A DNA stretch of 64,000 bases, taken from NCBI RefSeq assembly GCF_009914755.1, contig NC_060930.1. One strand, written 5' to 3'. Shown here piece after piece: positions 15,236 to 29,770 of this stretch. The notes under the pieces are model-generated. The model ran no database searches. It saw nothing but the letters and a program-made list of their open reading frames with translations, and was not told the DNA's origin. The first letter of the stretch is position 1. Each line of letters begins with the position of its first letter. Position numbers and translations under genes: made by a program. The DNA is from the human T2T-CHM13v2.0 reference genome, Homo sapiens.

Positions 15236-18200
15236 ACCAAAATCTTTACTAATACATTTTCACTACTACAAAAACATGCTGCCATCTTCCAACCCTTTTT
15301 GTTTGCCTTTTAATTTTCCTGTTAACTTACACATAAAACTTCATATTTGTTTTTGCTTTTGGTAGAATAAAAAATTAAAAAGTACTTATGATTTCTTATA
15401 CATTGAATAGCTTTTGCTTTAAATAAACACAGTAAAAGAAACATTAATAACTTGAGATGATTTTATGAAAAAGCCTGCTGTTTTTACTCAGCAAAAAGAA
15501 TATTTGTAATATATACATTGTGGATTCCCAAAGGGACAGGTAGCATTTTAACACAAGAATGAAGCTTACATCAGCCTGAAGCCAAAACAAATGGATCTCC
15601 TTTTTTATTTTTATTTTTTGTAACAGAAAATTTATAGTCAGGGTTGAGGAATAAAGGCCATGACCACATTCCTGTTTACTGTAGCTACTTCCCATACCTC
15701 TCTAGAGACCTTTCTATCCACTTGTAAGGGTAAGGTGAAAATGATGGCTGTTGCCTTAGGAAAGACAGCAGGGACATGCCTCTCAGCTTCATTTCCTACG
15801 TCTTGGAAGTATCTGACTTCCAGATATGCATTACTGTATTAACACGCAGGTCTTGGAGGAATGGATAGTTTATTTTTCCAGCTAAATTTTATCCTTAGGC
15901 GGAGGAATACTAACGAGAAGTATTTATGTCCTGTAGTATATTCAAATTACTGTCTCCCACCACACAGAGAAGCAGCCTGTTGTTCCTTTTTCTCTTTTGT
16001 CCTTTTGTCTCTTTTCTTTCTTCTCTTCATTCTTGATTTCTCTACAATCTAAGCAGCTTGTACTCCTATACCAAGGCCTGCAGAATCACATATTTTAGAT
16101 TACAGTTCACGTTTCAACAACTGTATCAAATTAAATAATTAAGACTGACTTGGCCTGGATTTAATCCCTTCCTTGCTTTGGTTCTTTATTTCTTTGGTGC
16201 TCCAGAAACTAGGGCATGATTCACTGGACACGGCAGTATGCAGAGAAAGAAAAGATTGTCAATTGTTGCCCATTATGTCATGTTTTTAGTCTAGAAGTTA
16301 TACAAATCACACTGTTGCTCTCTCACGTATAAATTACAGTTATTCTAAATGACATAACTGTTGGTAGAAATGTAAGCATGTATTCTTAAATAAAAATATC
16401 AAGTAAATAAATTAGGAATGTATATGTCATTATAGATAAAAATAAATGTATTATCTAGTGTAACCCTGGCATTTGCATTTTTAGTTATCGATCATCCTGT
16501 GAACAAATACACTGCTTTGGTTTCATCATGAAAAAGATTGTGTGACTGCAGGCAGGTGACTTAACCTCACCTAGATAAGAAAAGAGTATGTTAGTAGATG
16601 ATCTCTGAGGTATTTTCCAGCTCAAAAATTCTATTATTCTTATGATTTCTAGACTATGCAAATACTATACATGTGCTTAAGGCCGTTTGAGTCAAACTTG
16701 TAGATGTGTGACTTCATTCATAACTGCAAATGAAGAAAAATCTAAATCACGTGCTAAAGAAAAACTCCACCATAAATTTATACAGATGGTTCTATTTGTG
16801 TACAACACCGTATAAAATAGGTCTAGGGAAAGGCATTTAAAGTAAAATAAAACCCTGTGAATATGAATCTCTAGTTATCATTGCATTATTCTCTAGATTG
16901 CAAGAAATGGAGCCTGTGAACTTTAATCACTCCTTTTGTAATTCTAATCAAATAAAACAGCTAGAAAATGCCAATTGGTAAAGTCATCTAGCTCCAGGGG
17001 GCACTGCTGTACTGTGCATCAGGTTTGGTTTATTGATGAAGGCTTAAGCAAGATTTCATTAAGGAGTTCTGCAGGTTTCAGATGCAGAAAAAGCACATAA
17101 ACTATTTATAATCAATTTAAACTTTGAGAAAATTAGGTAACTATGTAAAATATTTATATGCAGTTTTTTGGAAATGAATGTTTCCTTTGTTGGTAAAAGT
17201 ATCTGTCTTTCTGCAGCAACTAACTATGGTTGTGGATAGGAATATTTTTATTAACTTTTCCAGTCAAGGGCTCATGAAGGACAATGTATGTTTCTGCTAT
17301 GGAATTATTTAAAGCATTCTGCCCTAATATTCAAAATATAAACAAAAATTGATATACTTAATGCCTGGACACTGCAATCCTTTAATTGGCTTTACCATTG
17401 TTATAGTCAGTTAATCTCTGATCAGAAGGGTTTTGTATAATTATGTAAATTCTATCTATGACTTAATGCATCTTTCAAAAAAATCTCAAATATAGCAGCT
17501 CAAAATAATCTCAAAAATGAGTGACCACTTGTATCTTATTAAACTGTGAGAAATGAGTAGTGCTAAGGTGAGAGTCAAGTATGGAAGTCAAAATCAGCAC
17601 TCTCATATGTTTTAAAAGCATAGTAAAAGAAATACTTTCGAAATGAATTGCATCATTTAAACTATTATATGTGGATTATGAATACCTAACAAATCTGTAA
17701 ATTTAATTAAAGACCAAATCAGGATAGGCAAGTATTTATAGTAAAGACTGACAGAATTTTTTAAATTTATGTTCAAGTTTAGCTCAATTATCCCTCACTA
17801 TTAAAGCACTGATAAACATTGACTTGACATTTTCAAACCAAACACAGGTGACTTTCAATGGCTGAAAATCTTTTAAGCAAAGAATTGAAATTCTATTTAG
17901 ATTAGGGTAATGTCTGGTCATTTCTAGTCCACACATCATAAAAGGCATAATGAACCACCATAAAAATCATCTGGATTTTTCATATTAATTATTGTGCATA
18001 TATGGCATGATTTTCAATGTAAATGACTTGTTTTAGCAGCAATGTATTAATAGAAGAAGGAAGAGATTCAGGGGAGCAAATATAGAAAGTAAGAAGATTG
18101 GAGGGTTTTTTGCAATAATCCTGAACTAAGGCACTGGCCTTGAATATGGAGTAGAGGGGAAATTTTTGAGATATTTTTAGGAGATAAAATTGATGTAACT

Positions 18201-18944
18201 TACTGACTGCATAAAGGGCAGAGTGGTGAGAGAATGCATTGACTGTGATTATATGTGATGGTGGAGGCTCTAACTGAAAGTGTCTATTCTGATGTCTGGG
18301 CAGACACACAAACAAGCACTTCTGAAAAGCAACAGCAAGCAATATGAAATAAAAACATGGAATCATCATATAAATTGGCTTATCAATTTATTTTAATTAG
18401 CCAGTAGAAGGACAACTTGAGATTGGATTTGTTCAACTATATATCTTGATTCTGGGGATAATAAACTAATAATCATTCTTAGTTGCAAAGATTTTGGGAC
18501 AGGGTCTAACATAGATATCCATGCAACAATTCTACAATAAGTTCTCTTTTCTTTGTCTGATGCTTCCAAATTAGAGTCAACCTTTTGCGTATTCTTACAG
18601 AAGTCCAACACTTGAAGGAAAGTGAAAACAAAGCCCTATCAGGAGTGAAATATAATCCAATCATTTAATTCTCAGAATTGGTATTAGTTCTAATCTAACA
18701 AAGCAACTTAGAATCAACTTAGAATCAATCTCTGGATATGTCAGTGAATGTGTCTTTAGATGACTCCAGCTGCCAGGCTTTAAGTCTTCCAGCTGAGGTT
18801 TTTCCTAAACATTCTGGGAGAGAAACAAGCTATTCTTGTGTCCTCTTGGAATTTCTGATCCACAGATTTCTTAAGCATAATTATTGTTTCACACCAGTCC
18901 CATTTTAGGGCAATTTTTTGGTAAACCATAATAACTGGAATAGC

Positions 18945-19770
18945 ACCCTAGGTCAAGACACTGCTATCTTATGCCTGAACTACTGAGAGAAAATGTTCTT
19001 TCAACTTACTCCACTAGCATTCAATCCTCTGAAAGTCTATTGCTTCTGCATTCAAAAGATACTATGAATCTGATGAATTCTCATTGTTTCATGTTTATGA
19101 AAACTATTTCCTGAACTTCAGTTCTGTCTCTTATAGTTTACCAGATGGCAGCCAGAATCACATATATTTAACATATATATTACATCATGTCTTGTCACTG
19201 CTCAAAACTCTGTTTCCCAGTCATACTGAAATTGAAATTTAAAATCTTTAATGTGGCTATAAATTTCCTAGGAAGCTTTCTGATCTAATATTCTACTACA
19301 TCTTCCATGTCCACTTCAGCTCCAGTGATAGTGTTACAGGAATATACAATCTTCATTTTCACGTGAATACTTTTATGTTATCTGGTTTCTTTGCCTGAAA
19401 TATTCCCCCAAATATTGTCCTGGTCAAGTCCTCATATGATTCATATTTTTTTAAAGCACCACTTCTTCAGAGATGCCTTTCTTGTTCTGCCTAACTAACA
19501 TAGTTAATTAGGCAGGTCAGAATCAATATGCTCTGATTCCTTACTTTGCCTTTCATGTATCCCTTAACTCTAGAAGTTAGACTATATAATTATTAATTTA
19601 TTAGTTTGTAGCCTGTCTTCTATACTAACATATTAGCTCTGTGATGGCAAAGATTTTAGTTAGTTCACACTGTATTCTCAAAGCTTAGAACATGACTGAA
19701 CACATATGGGGTACTCTGAAGTATTCTAGAATAAATGATTAGATGACTGACTGAATAAATAAATGATAAA
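18945..19770. mobile_element. L2 LINE remnant
   Basis: Typical L2 motifs (cactgctcaaaactc, cttctcagagatgcctttc-like) and terminal gaataaatga/tgaataaat repeats; approximate. Confidence 0.45.
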
Positions 19771-19888
19771 CGTGCCTAGTGAGAGGTGAACACACGCTTT
19801 TCATCTCTAGTCTATTAGAAGTAACTCACAAGCTGGAGGGAAATCCTAGTTCTATCTTATAACAGGGGTATGCTTTTGGATATGCTTC

Positions 19889-22199
19889 TGTATTAGTCCG
19901 TTTTCATGCTGCTGATAAAGACATATCTGAGACTGGGAAGAGAAGGAGGTTTTATTGGATTTACAGTTCCACATGGCTGGGGAGGCCTCAGAATCATGGT
20001 GGGAAGTGAAAGGCACTTCTTACATGGTGGTGGCAAGAGAAAATAAGGAAGATGCACAAGCAGAAACCCCTGATAAACCCATCAGATCTCATGAGACTTA
20101 TTCACTACCACAAGAACAGCATGGGGGGAACCGCCTCCACGATTCAAATTATCCCCACCAAGTCCCTCCCACAATAGGTGGGAATGATGGGAGTACAATT
20201 CAAGATCAGATTTGGATGAGGACACAGAGCCAAACCATATCATTCCACCCCTGGCCCCTCCAAATATCATGTCTTTACATTTCAAAACCAATCATGCCTT
20301 CCCAACAGTCCCCCAAAGTGTTAACTCATTTCAACATTAACCCAAAAGTCCACAGTCGAAAGTCTCATCTGAGATAAGGCAATTCCCTTCCACTTATGAG
20401 CCTGTAAAATCAAAAGCAAGTAAGTTACTTCCTAGGTTCAATGGGGGTACAGGTACTGGGTAAATACAGCCATTCCAAACAGGATAAATTGGCTAAAACA
20501 AATGGGTTACAGGGCCTATGCAAGTCCAAAGTCCAGCAGGACAGTCAAATTTTAAAGCTCCCAAATGATCTCTTTGACTCCAGGTCTCACATCCAGGTCA
20601 TGCTGATATAAGAGGTGGGTTCACAGTCTTGGGCAGCTCTGCCCTTGTGGCTTTGCAAGGTACAGCCTCCCTCCCAGTTGCTTTCATGGGCTGGTGTTGA
20701 ATGTCTGTGGCTGTAAGCTGTGGTAGGTGGATCTACCATTCTGGGGTCTGGAGGATGACAGCCCTCTTCCCACAGCTCTACTAGGTTGTGCCCCAGTAGG
20801 GACTCTGTGTGGGGGCTCCAACCCCACATTTCCCTTCTTCATTGCCCTAGCAGAGGTTCTCGATGAGAGCCCCACCTCTGCAGCAAACTTCTGCCTGGGC
20901 ATCCAGGCATTTCCATACATCTTCTGAAATCTAGGCAGAGGTTCCCAAACCCCAATTCTTCACTTTTCTGCACCCGCATGCTCAACACAACCTGGAAGCT
21001 GCCAAGACTTAAGGCTTGCACCCTCTGAAACCATGGCCCAAGCTCTGTGTTGGCCTCTTTCAGCCATGGCTGAAGCAGAAGGGATGCAGGGCAACAAGTC
21101 CCTAGACTGCACACAGCATGGCTACCCTGGGACCTGCCCACAAAACCATTTTTTCCTATTAGACCTCTGGGCCTGTGATGGGAGAGGCTGCTGCAAAGAT
21201 CTCTGACATGTCCTGGAGATACCTTCCCCATTGTCTTGGAGATTAACATTCAGCTCCTTGTCACTTATGCAAATATCTGCAGCCAGCTTGAATTTCTCCT
21301 CTGAAAATGGGATTTTATTTTCTATCCCATTGTCATGGTGCAAAGTTTCTGAACTTTTATGCTCTGCTTCCCTTTTAAAACTGAATTCCTTTAACAACAC
21401 CAAAATCACCTCTTGAATGCTTTATCACTTAGAAATTTCTTCCAAATCACCTCTTGAATGCTTTACCACTTAGAAATTTCTTCCAAATCACCTCTTGAAT
21501 GCTTTACCACTTAGAAATTTCTTCCACCAGATACCCTAAATCATCTCTCTCAAGTTCAAAGTTCCACAAATCTCTAGGGCAGGGGCAAAATGCCGCCAGT
21601 CTCTTTGATAAAACATAACAAGAGTTACCTTTGCTTCAGTTCCCAACAAGTTCCTCATCTCCATCTGAGACCACCTCAGCCTTGATTTCACTGTCCATAT
21701 CATTATCAGTATTTTTGTCAAAGCCATTCAAGTGTCTAGGAAGTTCCAAACTTTCCCACATTTTCCTATGTTCTTCTGAGCCCTCCAAAGTTGCTTCCAC
21801 ATTTGGGTATCTTTTCAGCAGCACCCTACTCTACTGGTACCAATTTACTGTATTAGTCCATTTTCACACTATTAATAAAAACATACCTGATACTGGGAAG
21901 AAAAAGAGGTTTAATTGGACTTACACTTCCACATGGCTGGGGAGGCTTCACAATCATAATGGGAGGTGAAAGCCGATTACATGGTGGTGACAATAGAAAA
22001 TGAGGAAGATGCAGAAGTGGAAACCCCTGATAAACCCATCAGATCTCGTGAGACTTATTCACTACCATGAGAACAGTATGGGGGAAACCGCCCCATGATT
22101 CAAATTATCTCCCACTGGGTCCTTTCCACAACATGTGGGAATTATGGGAGTACAATTCAAGATGAGATTTGGGTGGGGACACAGAGCCAAACCATATCA
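19889..22199 (-). mobile_element. Complete THE1 (MaLR) element: LTR-internal-LTR, probably THE1C-like
   Basis: Two ~350-bp LTRs (19889-20242, 21849-22199) each reading tgtattagtcc...aaccatatca; ~1.6-kb internal region; perfect 5-bp TSD gcttc at 19884-19888 and 22200-22204. Confidence 0.95.
21403..21525. repeat. 3 x 41-bp tandem repeat inside THE1 internal region
   Basis: aaatcacctcttgaatgcttta(c/t)cacttagaaatttcttcc starting at 21403, 21444 and 21485. Confidence 0.95.
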
Positions 22200-25100
22200 G
22201 CTTCTAATCCTTTTCTGTCCATCTTTCTCATCTGTAAAATGGACAAATAGGATATGCCACATATGTTATATTAGCAAGAAATAAAGTATTTAGCATAGTG
22301 CTGGCAATATAGTGGGTTTTAAGCATATGTGAGTTTCTTTTCTCAAATTCAGATTCATAGCTCATATACCCAGGAAACCCCGACAGCATTTCACATGTCC
22401 TACCTCTACAACTACCCTAAATGAAGACCTGGAGTAGTGAGGGATGACCAAGAAGAAACTTACAGGCTTTGACAAAGAACCTGAGTTTTATCCTGAGGCC
22501 AATATAAAGTTGAAAGAGTTTAAACTTTAAATGCTGAGGGATTTTAACACATTCCTCTAACGAATAGGCAGTATGACACAATTAATACAATGGTACCTGG
22601 TTTTAATTTCCTATCAATTGTCTGCACTTTAAATCTTTCTTACAGAGTCAATTGAGAGTTAGTTAAATATAAATATACTATACATCAGAAAGGTAAACCA
22701 ATAGAGATATTTATGTAGTAATATTTAAATGTGCCAAAGGCAGTGATATCCTTAAAACAAGATCACTTTTAGCTGCCCTGCTTTGCACAGATATTGCAGA
22801 ATCTTCAAAATAGAAAAAGATATTATGTATGAATAGGAGTCATTTGAATTGGAAAATAGAAACTTAAATCATCTTGTCCATCACACTGTCAAGGTAGATT
22901 TCCTTTAACATGCTCTATGACTTAAGATATAAAAGTGTAAAAGAAAAAGAAAAGCTTAAAATTTCTGAATATTATCACTTTACTTTTTTAGGGAATAAGC
23001 CTTAATATGTATCTAATTTGACATTGTTAATATTTTCATACTTATATAGGCTTGACTTTGATTAAATCAAGCAAACTATCAGTTTGTCTTTAGTGAATGA
23101 AGTCTTCTTTTATATATGTGTAGCATATACCTTTTGTTTAATTTTCTGTACTTTAATAGTAATACATCTGGTACAATAATCTTAACAAAATTGAAGTTTT
23201 CAGTACCAAATCTAGAAATGTTGGAAGCCTGGTGAGATGTGAATAATTTATATGTAAAAACAAAAACTCCAACCTTTATTTTCCTTTTAAGATAACTGAA
23301 ATAACAGGTTAGTTCTAAAGCTCAATTGTTCATTAGAAGTTAAAACTATGTACATGAAAAGTAACCTTAAAAAGCCAGATGTTTTTCACTCTTGTTTGCC
23401 TTAATTAAGTCACTGCCTTTAGCTACTCTCCAATAACAGCCAAAAAAGACAGTATGTAATTGTTTTCCAGCATCAGTCACAAAATAATTCACATATGATT
23501 CAGAAAACAGCCATTATGTTTATGTTCTATGATTCTGTATTTTCACACATATAAAGTTTTTATAAAATATTAAAATGATGCTATTTTTAATGCTTGGGAT
23601 TTTATCTACAATTTTATAAAAATTTAATATAAAAATGAGTACAAAATATACATATGGTATACTGAAAAGGATTGAATACCACATATTCTTGCTAACCAAT
23701 GCAGTGAATGAAATCAATTCATATCTCAGTAGACTCATGATAATATCTAGCAAGTGGCTATCTAACACACAAATTGCCTTGAAAAGTTCTACCCTTTGCA
23801 AATGTCAACAATAGAGCAACATGGAAGAACGGGTTCTTCTCAGATGTAATGAGGCGGTATGGCCACCAGCAGTGAGTATAAAATCCCACCCTCTGTTAGA
23901 GTTCATGTTGTGACACCATTTTATTTAAAAGAAGCAATATATCTTCACTGTCCTCCAGATCTTGACAAAATACATCTCATGGTTAACAATAGACCGGAAA
24001 GATTATCATATTATCACGGCTTTGCTCGTAGAGAACTTTTGGAGTCTCCATGGCTGATATGAAGTAACCCTATGGAGACAACAACAAAGCCTGAGAAGCT
24101 CAGCCTTGAGCCCCAAACACTTAGCAGGAACTCTGATACAAATTTTTGAGTGATTGTATGAATGAGTGAACTAATGTGTTCCTAAGTGAGAGAGATGAAT
24201 TACAAAACACTACAAGTAAATGAAACCCCTGTGAAGAACATTACTGTCACTGATATATGAAACTCATTTGCAAAAGGGGTTTGGGAACACAGTAAATCAC
24301 ACTTCGAAAAGCCAGTTCTTTCATGCATTTCATGGATTGACAACTGTAAAAAGAAGTAGATGGTGTTGGGTCTTTGTATTTGACCACTGCTCTTTTCACT
24401 CTGCACAGTTTCCTTGGGTGTCTTTTTACTCATTTTAATGTTTTTTTCCTGCTACCTTTATATTTAATATTCTCAAACTTCTATTTTTAATGCATATCAT
24501 ATACTGGGTGACAGACTCTTTAATATAAATCAGCCTGCTGGACATATATACCTGGATGCTTATTCCCACAAAAGTTCAAATTCTGCATTTCCAAAGTGGA
24601 ATGTACCACTCATATATATGAATCAAGTTCCTCTTTGCCTCACCATTTTCTAGAGACTCAGACCACTCCTTCCAGTCTTCGCTGCTGCTGAGCAAATTCT
24701 TTTTCTTTCTTTGCTTTGAGCAACTGTTACAAGAGGAAGTCATTTATACGGCCTTCAACAAGAGAGTTCAGTGAGACTGAATCATTGGTCCAACTTATTA
24801 CCAGACAGCATCTGGCCTGATAACACATCCTCATATAGCTCTCTGTCCTCTCTACTTTATTTTCCTTTTCTCTCTTGTGCTCCACATGATTGCATTTTTA
24901 AATAAAGTAAGTAGTAGCACAGGAAGAATCCAGGCTGAAACATCATAAAAATTTGCTCCTCTTTTGGTGATATCTGCTGATGTTATCCACTTTTACCCTG
25001 AAACTGAAGTAAAAATTCTAGGAGTCATTCATGCCTCCTTTTCTTCCTCAATCTGCTAGAAACATAGTCGCTAAATCTAGCCATATTTCCTTCTAAAGAG

Positions 25101-27029
25101 CAGATGCATCATTCCTCTCTATTTTTGCCAACACTGACTTGCTTCAGGCACTCATTTTTTTCTTATTCAAAAAACCTCCTATCTGGTTTTCCTAATTCCA
25201 GTCTCATTTCTTCATTTTTGGCTCCACATCTACAATAAAGTGATTCGGGTGCTTCATCTAAAATGCATATCTTAACCCTGATTCTCAGCAGCTCCAAGCT
25301 CTTTAACCCATCACGCCTTCATTATCTGTTCTGAGCTTATGTTTTCAGGCTTATCAATCATGACTTCCCACCTTAATTTGTGTGTTTCCACAACACCAAA
25401 CATGGCAATATTAAAAAATCTCTGGCTCCTTATCTAGAGTGCTTTCCTCTTTCCTCTTCTGGTAAACTCCCACTTTAGAACAAAGTTCAGGCATTCCTTC
25501 TTTTATAAAGCATGCCCACACATTACCAGGCTGAGAAAGGTGACTGTCTTTTGGGCAACATAAAATCTCTTATATATCCACTAGAAGAGTGACCCTTGCT
25601 TTTGCTTCGTTTTGTTGTATCCCATATCCCAGCATACTCAATGGATACGATATTCATTCACCAATTTCCCTCTATGGCAGGAGTTCTCATCATATGAGAA
25701 GGCTCTACCTCTCCCAAATACTTGAACGGTATTTCAGATTCTAACGGAGGAAGACCAGGTATAGTGGTATAGTTTCTGATTCTGTTATGCCTGCTTTGTG
25801 CTGGGTTTGGGTATTTTTCCTCTCGTAAACCCACTCCCTGAAAATAACTACACAAATATATGCTTTACGAGGAGCAGAGTGGAACTGTTTTGTCTTTATA
25901 TCTCAGTACCTAGACGATAATCTGACCATCAGTAGTAGTAAAAGGTCAATATATATTTACTGTGAATAAATGAATGAATGAATGAATGAATACTCCAGGA
26001 ATAAACCTCAGGCAAACTGAGGTCATTTCTTGCTGGGGCTGAATAGTATGGTACTCTTAGAAATTTGAATTTTGATTTATATAGTGCCTTAGCGCACAGA
26101 ATTCTTTGAGGTGTAACAAGTACATATACCTGGTAAGTAGGCAGTCAAATTGGCAATGTCTGTAGAAAAGGTGAGAAGGCTGGATAATAATAATAAACAA
26201 TTATCTGATAGACTTAAAGGCACTATCTACTGTACCAAGCAGTGTCTGTTGTATAGCTGAATGCCTTTGGGAATTAAAGGCCAAGGAAGTTTTCTCTCTG
26301 ACAGGATGAGCTCAGCATAGATGACTTTGCACTACGCAGCCATATAGCACTAAATGACTTCTGCTCTGTTTATTGGTATCTATCCATCAATCACAGGCAT
26401 TGTTATGGCAACCAAGGAAGTATTTTTATCATTTGTAACTCCCTCTTTTATTATAATTATCTGTGTATGTGTTCTCCCCCCAATATACTGTGAGTTCCTT
26501 AATGACAGGGACTTTATTTATCTTCACAGCATAGCAGGAGTTAAAATATTATAAAGTAGAAGAAAAAACAGGTCAGAATGGAACAGTAGTGAGATGGAAG
26601 CTGGAGGAATATGATGGAACCAGATCAGTAAGTGTGTTCAAGGCTAAACAGAAATATCCTGACACCTTAGGTAGGTTAAAATTTTAGCAGCCTACATTAG
26701 TTTGTATAATCTTCACTGATGTAACAAATATATCACCAAATTTTAGTAGCCTAACTTAATTATTCATTTTAGCTCACTTAGCAGTCTAATGCTGGTGGTT
26801 ATATTCAATGGGACTGAGAGAATAGAGGATCTTAGGAAACCTCCATCCTTTGATGCCATTCTTGGTGGGGGGCTTAGAGTCCTCTTCTTCCAGAACGAAG
26901 GTGAGGGGAGAAAGAATAGATGACAAAGTCCAAAGAATCATGTATCATATGTTCGAGTCGTAAGTGGCAATAATTTATTTCTCTTCATATTTCATTGGTG
27001 AGAACTAGGTCTATGTTCTACGTTCTTAC

Positions 27030-27358
27030 ACAAGATATTGACAAACTTTTTCCATAAAGAGCCAAATGGTAAATATTTTAGGCTTTGTGGGTCATGCATT
27101 TCTGTTACAACTACTCAACTGTGGTTGTAACCTGAAAGCAACCATAGATAATATGTAAATGACTCGATATGGCTATGTTCCAGTAGAACTTTATTTTTAG
27201 ATGCTGAAATTTAAATTTCATACAATTTTCAAGTGTCAAAAATATTACTCATTTTATTTTTCTAACCATTTAAAATTAAAAAAAATCTTTATTCTCAGGC
27301 TTTGTAAAGACAAGTGGTAGACTGAATTTAACTTGTGGCTGCAGTTTGGTGATCTCTG
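27030..27358. mobile_element. MER58-like hAT-Charlie MITE
   Basis: Degenerate TIRs (..gacaaact / agtttggtgatctctg) and internal ggtaaatattttaggctttgtggg...acaactactcaact. Confidence 0.7.
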
Positions 27359-27780
27359 AGGCAAGGCGACTAGAAAAGGTTGCCACTGTCTGAACTGCTG
27401 CCTTTAGTGAAAGCTCCACATTGCTTTGGTGGACAGCTAGATGTATGTCCTTTAGGCTGCTCCTCTGGCCACTAAATATCCATGCGCTTTCCCTTCCTCT
27501 CATACAGAATGTATCCAGCCCCTTCTCAAAAGATATAGCAGGCATCTCATCCATCCAATCACTGCATCTAGCTCAGTGTCAGTGATTTCTGTGTGATGTC
27601 CAGTTCTCTTCATCTGGCTGTGGCTCTTTTAGGTCTGCAGAACCACAAACTAAAACACTATTCTTCGACTATCCTTGATATAAACAGGTGGAGCAGGGGC
27701 AGGATAACTGCACAAAATGCCCATACACAAATGGAGGAACATGATTGCATAGCAATAATGAAAAATGGCTAATTAATTAC

Positions 27781-27882
27781 TATAGTATAATGCAGAGGGG
27801 CAAAGCATTATAATAGATAATATAGTATAATGATGATATTATAATGCTAGTATATTGCTGTGCACCTCTGCATTATACTATA
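27781..27882. repeat. Inverted repeat, 32-bp arms (29/32 match), 38-bp spacer
   Basis: 27781-27812 tatagtataatgcagaggggcaaagcattata vs reverse complement of 27851-27882 tatagtataatgcagaggtgcacagcaatata. Confidence 0.9.
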
Positions 27883-29559
27883 AAGTTTTTTTATTAGATT
27901 TATTCTCTTGGGGAGTAACTTTCTCATCCATTGCACCTGGCCTCCAGTCATATCTGAAGAGTTTTGGAGCAGTATATACTCCTTGGGGAATCCACAGCTT
28001 TCACATACTGTAAAAATTTACACTTTAGTATAAATTTAAAGGGCCTAAGTGTCATTTTATAGTTACAGGCTTTTTTTGACTTAGGTTTTTGTTTTTTTTT
28101 TTTTTTTTGAAATTATACTTAAAACAACATTTAGGAAGCACTGATTTATTTGCATCTAGTCTGATACATGTTAATAACAACACATATTGTTCTTTCTTTG
28201 GCATAATTCTAAAGCTGGCTCTATTTCTTTATTTTTCTTTCCCTATCATAACTTTATCTCTCAACTTAATGACAGATGCCTGAGGTGATCTGAACAATAT
28301 GCTTGGAGGAAATGGAGCAACCTTTGATTTGATATTTGGTGCAGTTGGTTCTTCTACTTCACTAACATATCTTAATGAGCCTGTGTTACTTCTAGCATTA
28401 TAACTTCTTCATTTTTTTCTTGTGGGAGGCTCTAGAAATAGCTTTCTTAACTTCAGAAGCTTCAATCATAACCTGTGTCCTTGAAGTCTTCCTCATCCTC
28501 AATGGCAGCAAATGCATTTTATAAACATAAGATAGAAATCACACACTTTAGTTGGCATTCCATTGGTGAGGACTAGCTCTGTAGCCCCACCTAGATAGAT
28601 GCAAGAGGGATAGAGGAGACTGAGCAAAGTATCAATGGCTGGCAACTACTTCTAGGGGAAGTAGTTTATATTATGGAGCGGGTATATAAGCTCTTCTGTT
28701 GCAAAGCTAGTAGAAAACTTAACTTTTATTCTGAAGGCCATAATAAGCATTTGAAAGACTGCCATCTGTAAATACCAAAAGCAGATATTGAAAATATAGA
28801 TGCCTGAGGGGACTAGAGGATATGACTCTTATCAGTGTCACCACAGTTTTAAATATATGCAATAGTTTTAACAGAGCTGTCATTAATCATGAACATTATC
28901 ATGAATGCTATTATTCCAAAATGAACAATCTTTTTATTGTTTATAGTAATAAAATATGTAACCTCAAATAGTAACATCTGAAAATGATTCATTTCAAATT
29001 ATATCATATAGGATTATATTTGTATAAGTAAAACAACTATATTCATTTTATTGCAAAACTGAAAATAGTTTCATTTTCCTGAATGTTTCATTTCCCAAGT
29101 ATTAAAATAGATTTTAAAACATAAATATTGATAGCTTTCAATTGTCAAGTAAAGCAGACAATGCACAAAAATTTGAAAAAGACAGGAATAGAACATTGGA
29201 AACTTTTACAGTGCAGGGAAGTGAAACTATATTTCAGTTAAAAACTTATGCAAAATTAAAAAGTCAAATTGGAATAGAAATAAATCCAACATATAACAAA
29301 AGTCTATGAATTTTGTATTTGTACTCTGCTCTTAAGTGTCTTTGTCTCTATTTTCTTTTATTTTAGTGTATTATTCTCATTTATTTTTTACTGGAATAAA
29401 AATAAAGTAGATACTTTAAAAAATGAAGGTAGGACATTTGGATTTCTTACGAAAAGTGTTATTCTTCTTAGAAGATTATTCTTGTAAATTTATTGGGAAT
29501 ATTGTCAAATATATATGAAGATGGCTGATTATAACAGTTAACAAAATTGAAATAATTCT

Positions 29560-29770
29560 TGTGTCCAGACATTGTGCTAAGTGCATGGCTTATACACAAT
29601 ATCATTTATTCCTTATATCAGTCGTATTATTACCAATATTATTGTCTCCACTTTATTGGTAAGGAAACTGAAGTACAGAGAGGTTAAGTAATTTTCCTAA
29701 GATTATGTCAGTAGTAAGCAACACAGCTGAACTTTGAAACTTGGTGTGTCTGACTTTTAAATCCTCTCCA
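29560..29770 (-). mobile_element. MIR SINE
   Basis: Core motif aaggaaactgaagtacagagaggttaagtaattttcctaag preceded by ccagacattgtgctaagtgc. Confidence 0.75.

Noticed and set aside
19955-21969. Cluster of 60-140 aa ORFs
   Set aside because: All lie within the THE1 element; typical chance or relic MaLR frames
23800-23880. Possible exon ending at a gtgagt donor-like site
   Set aside because: Isolated motif with no clear acceptor or recognisable reading frame
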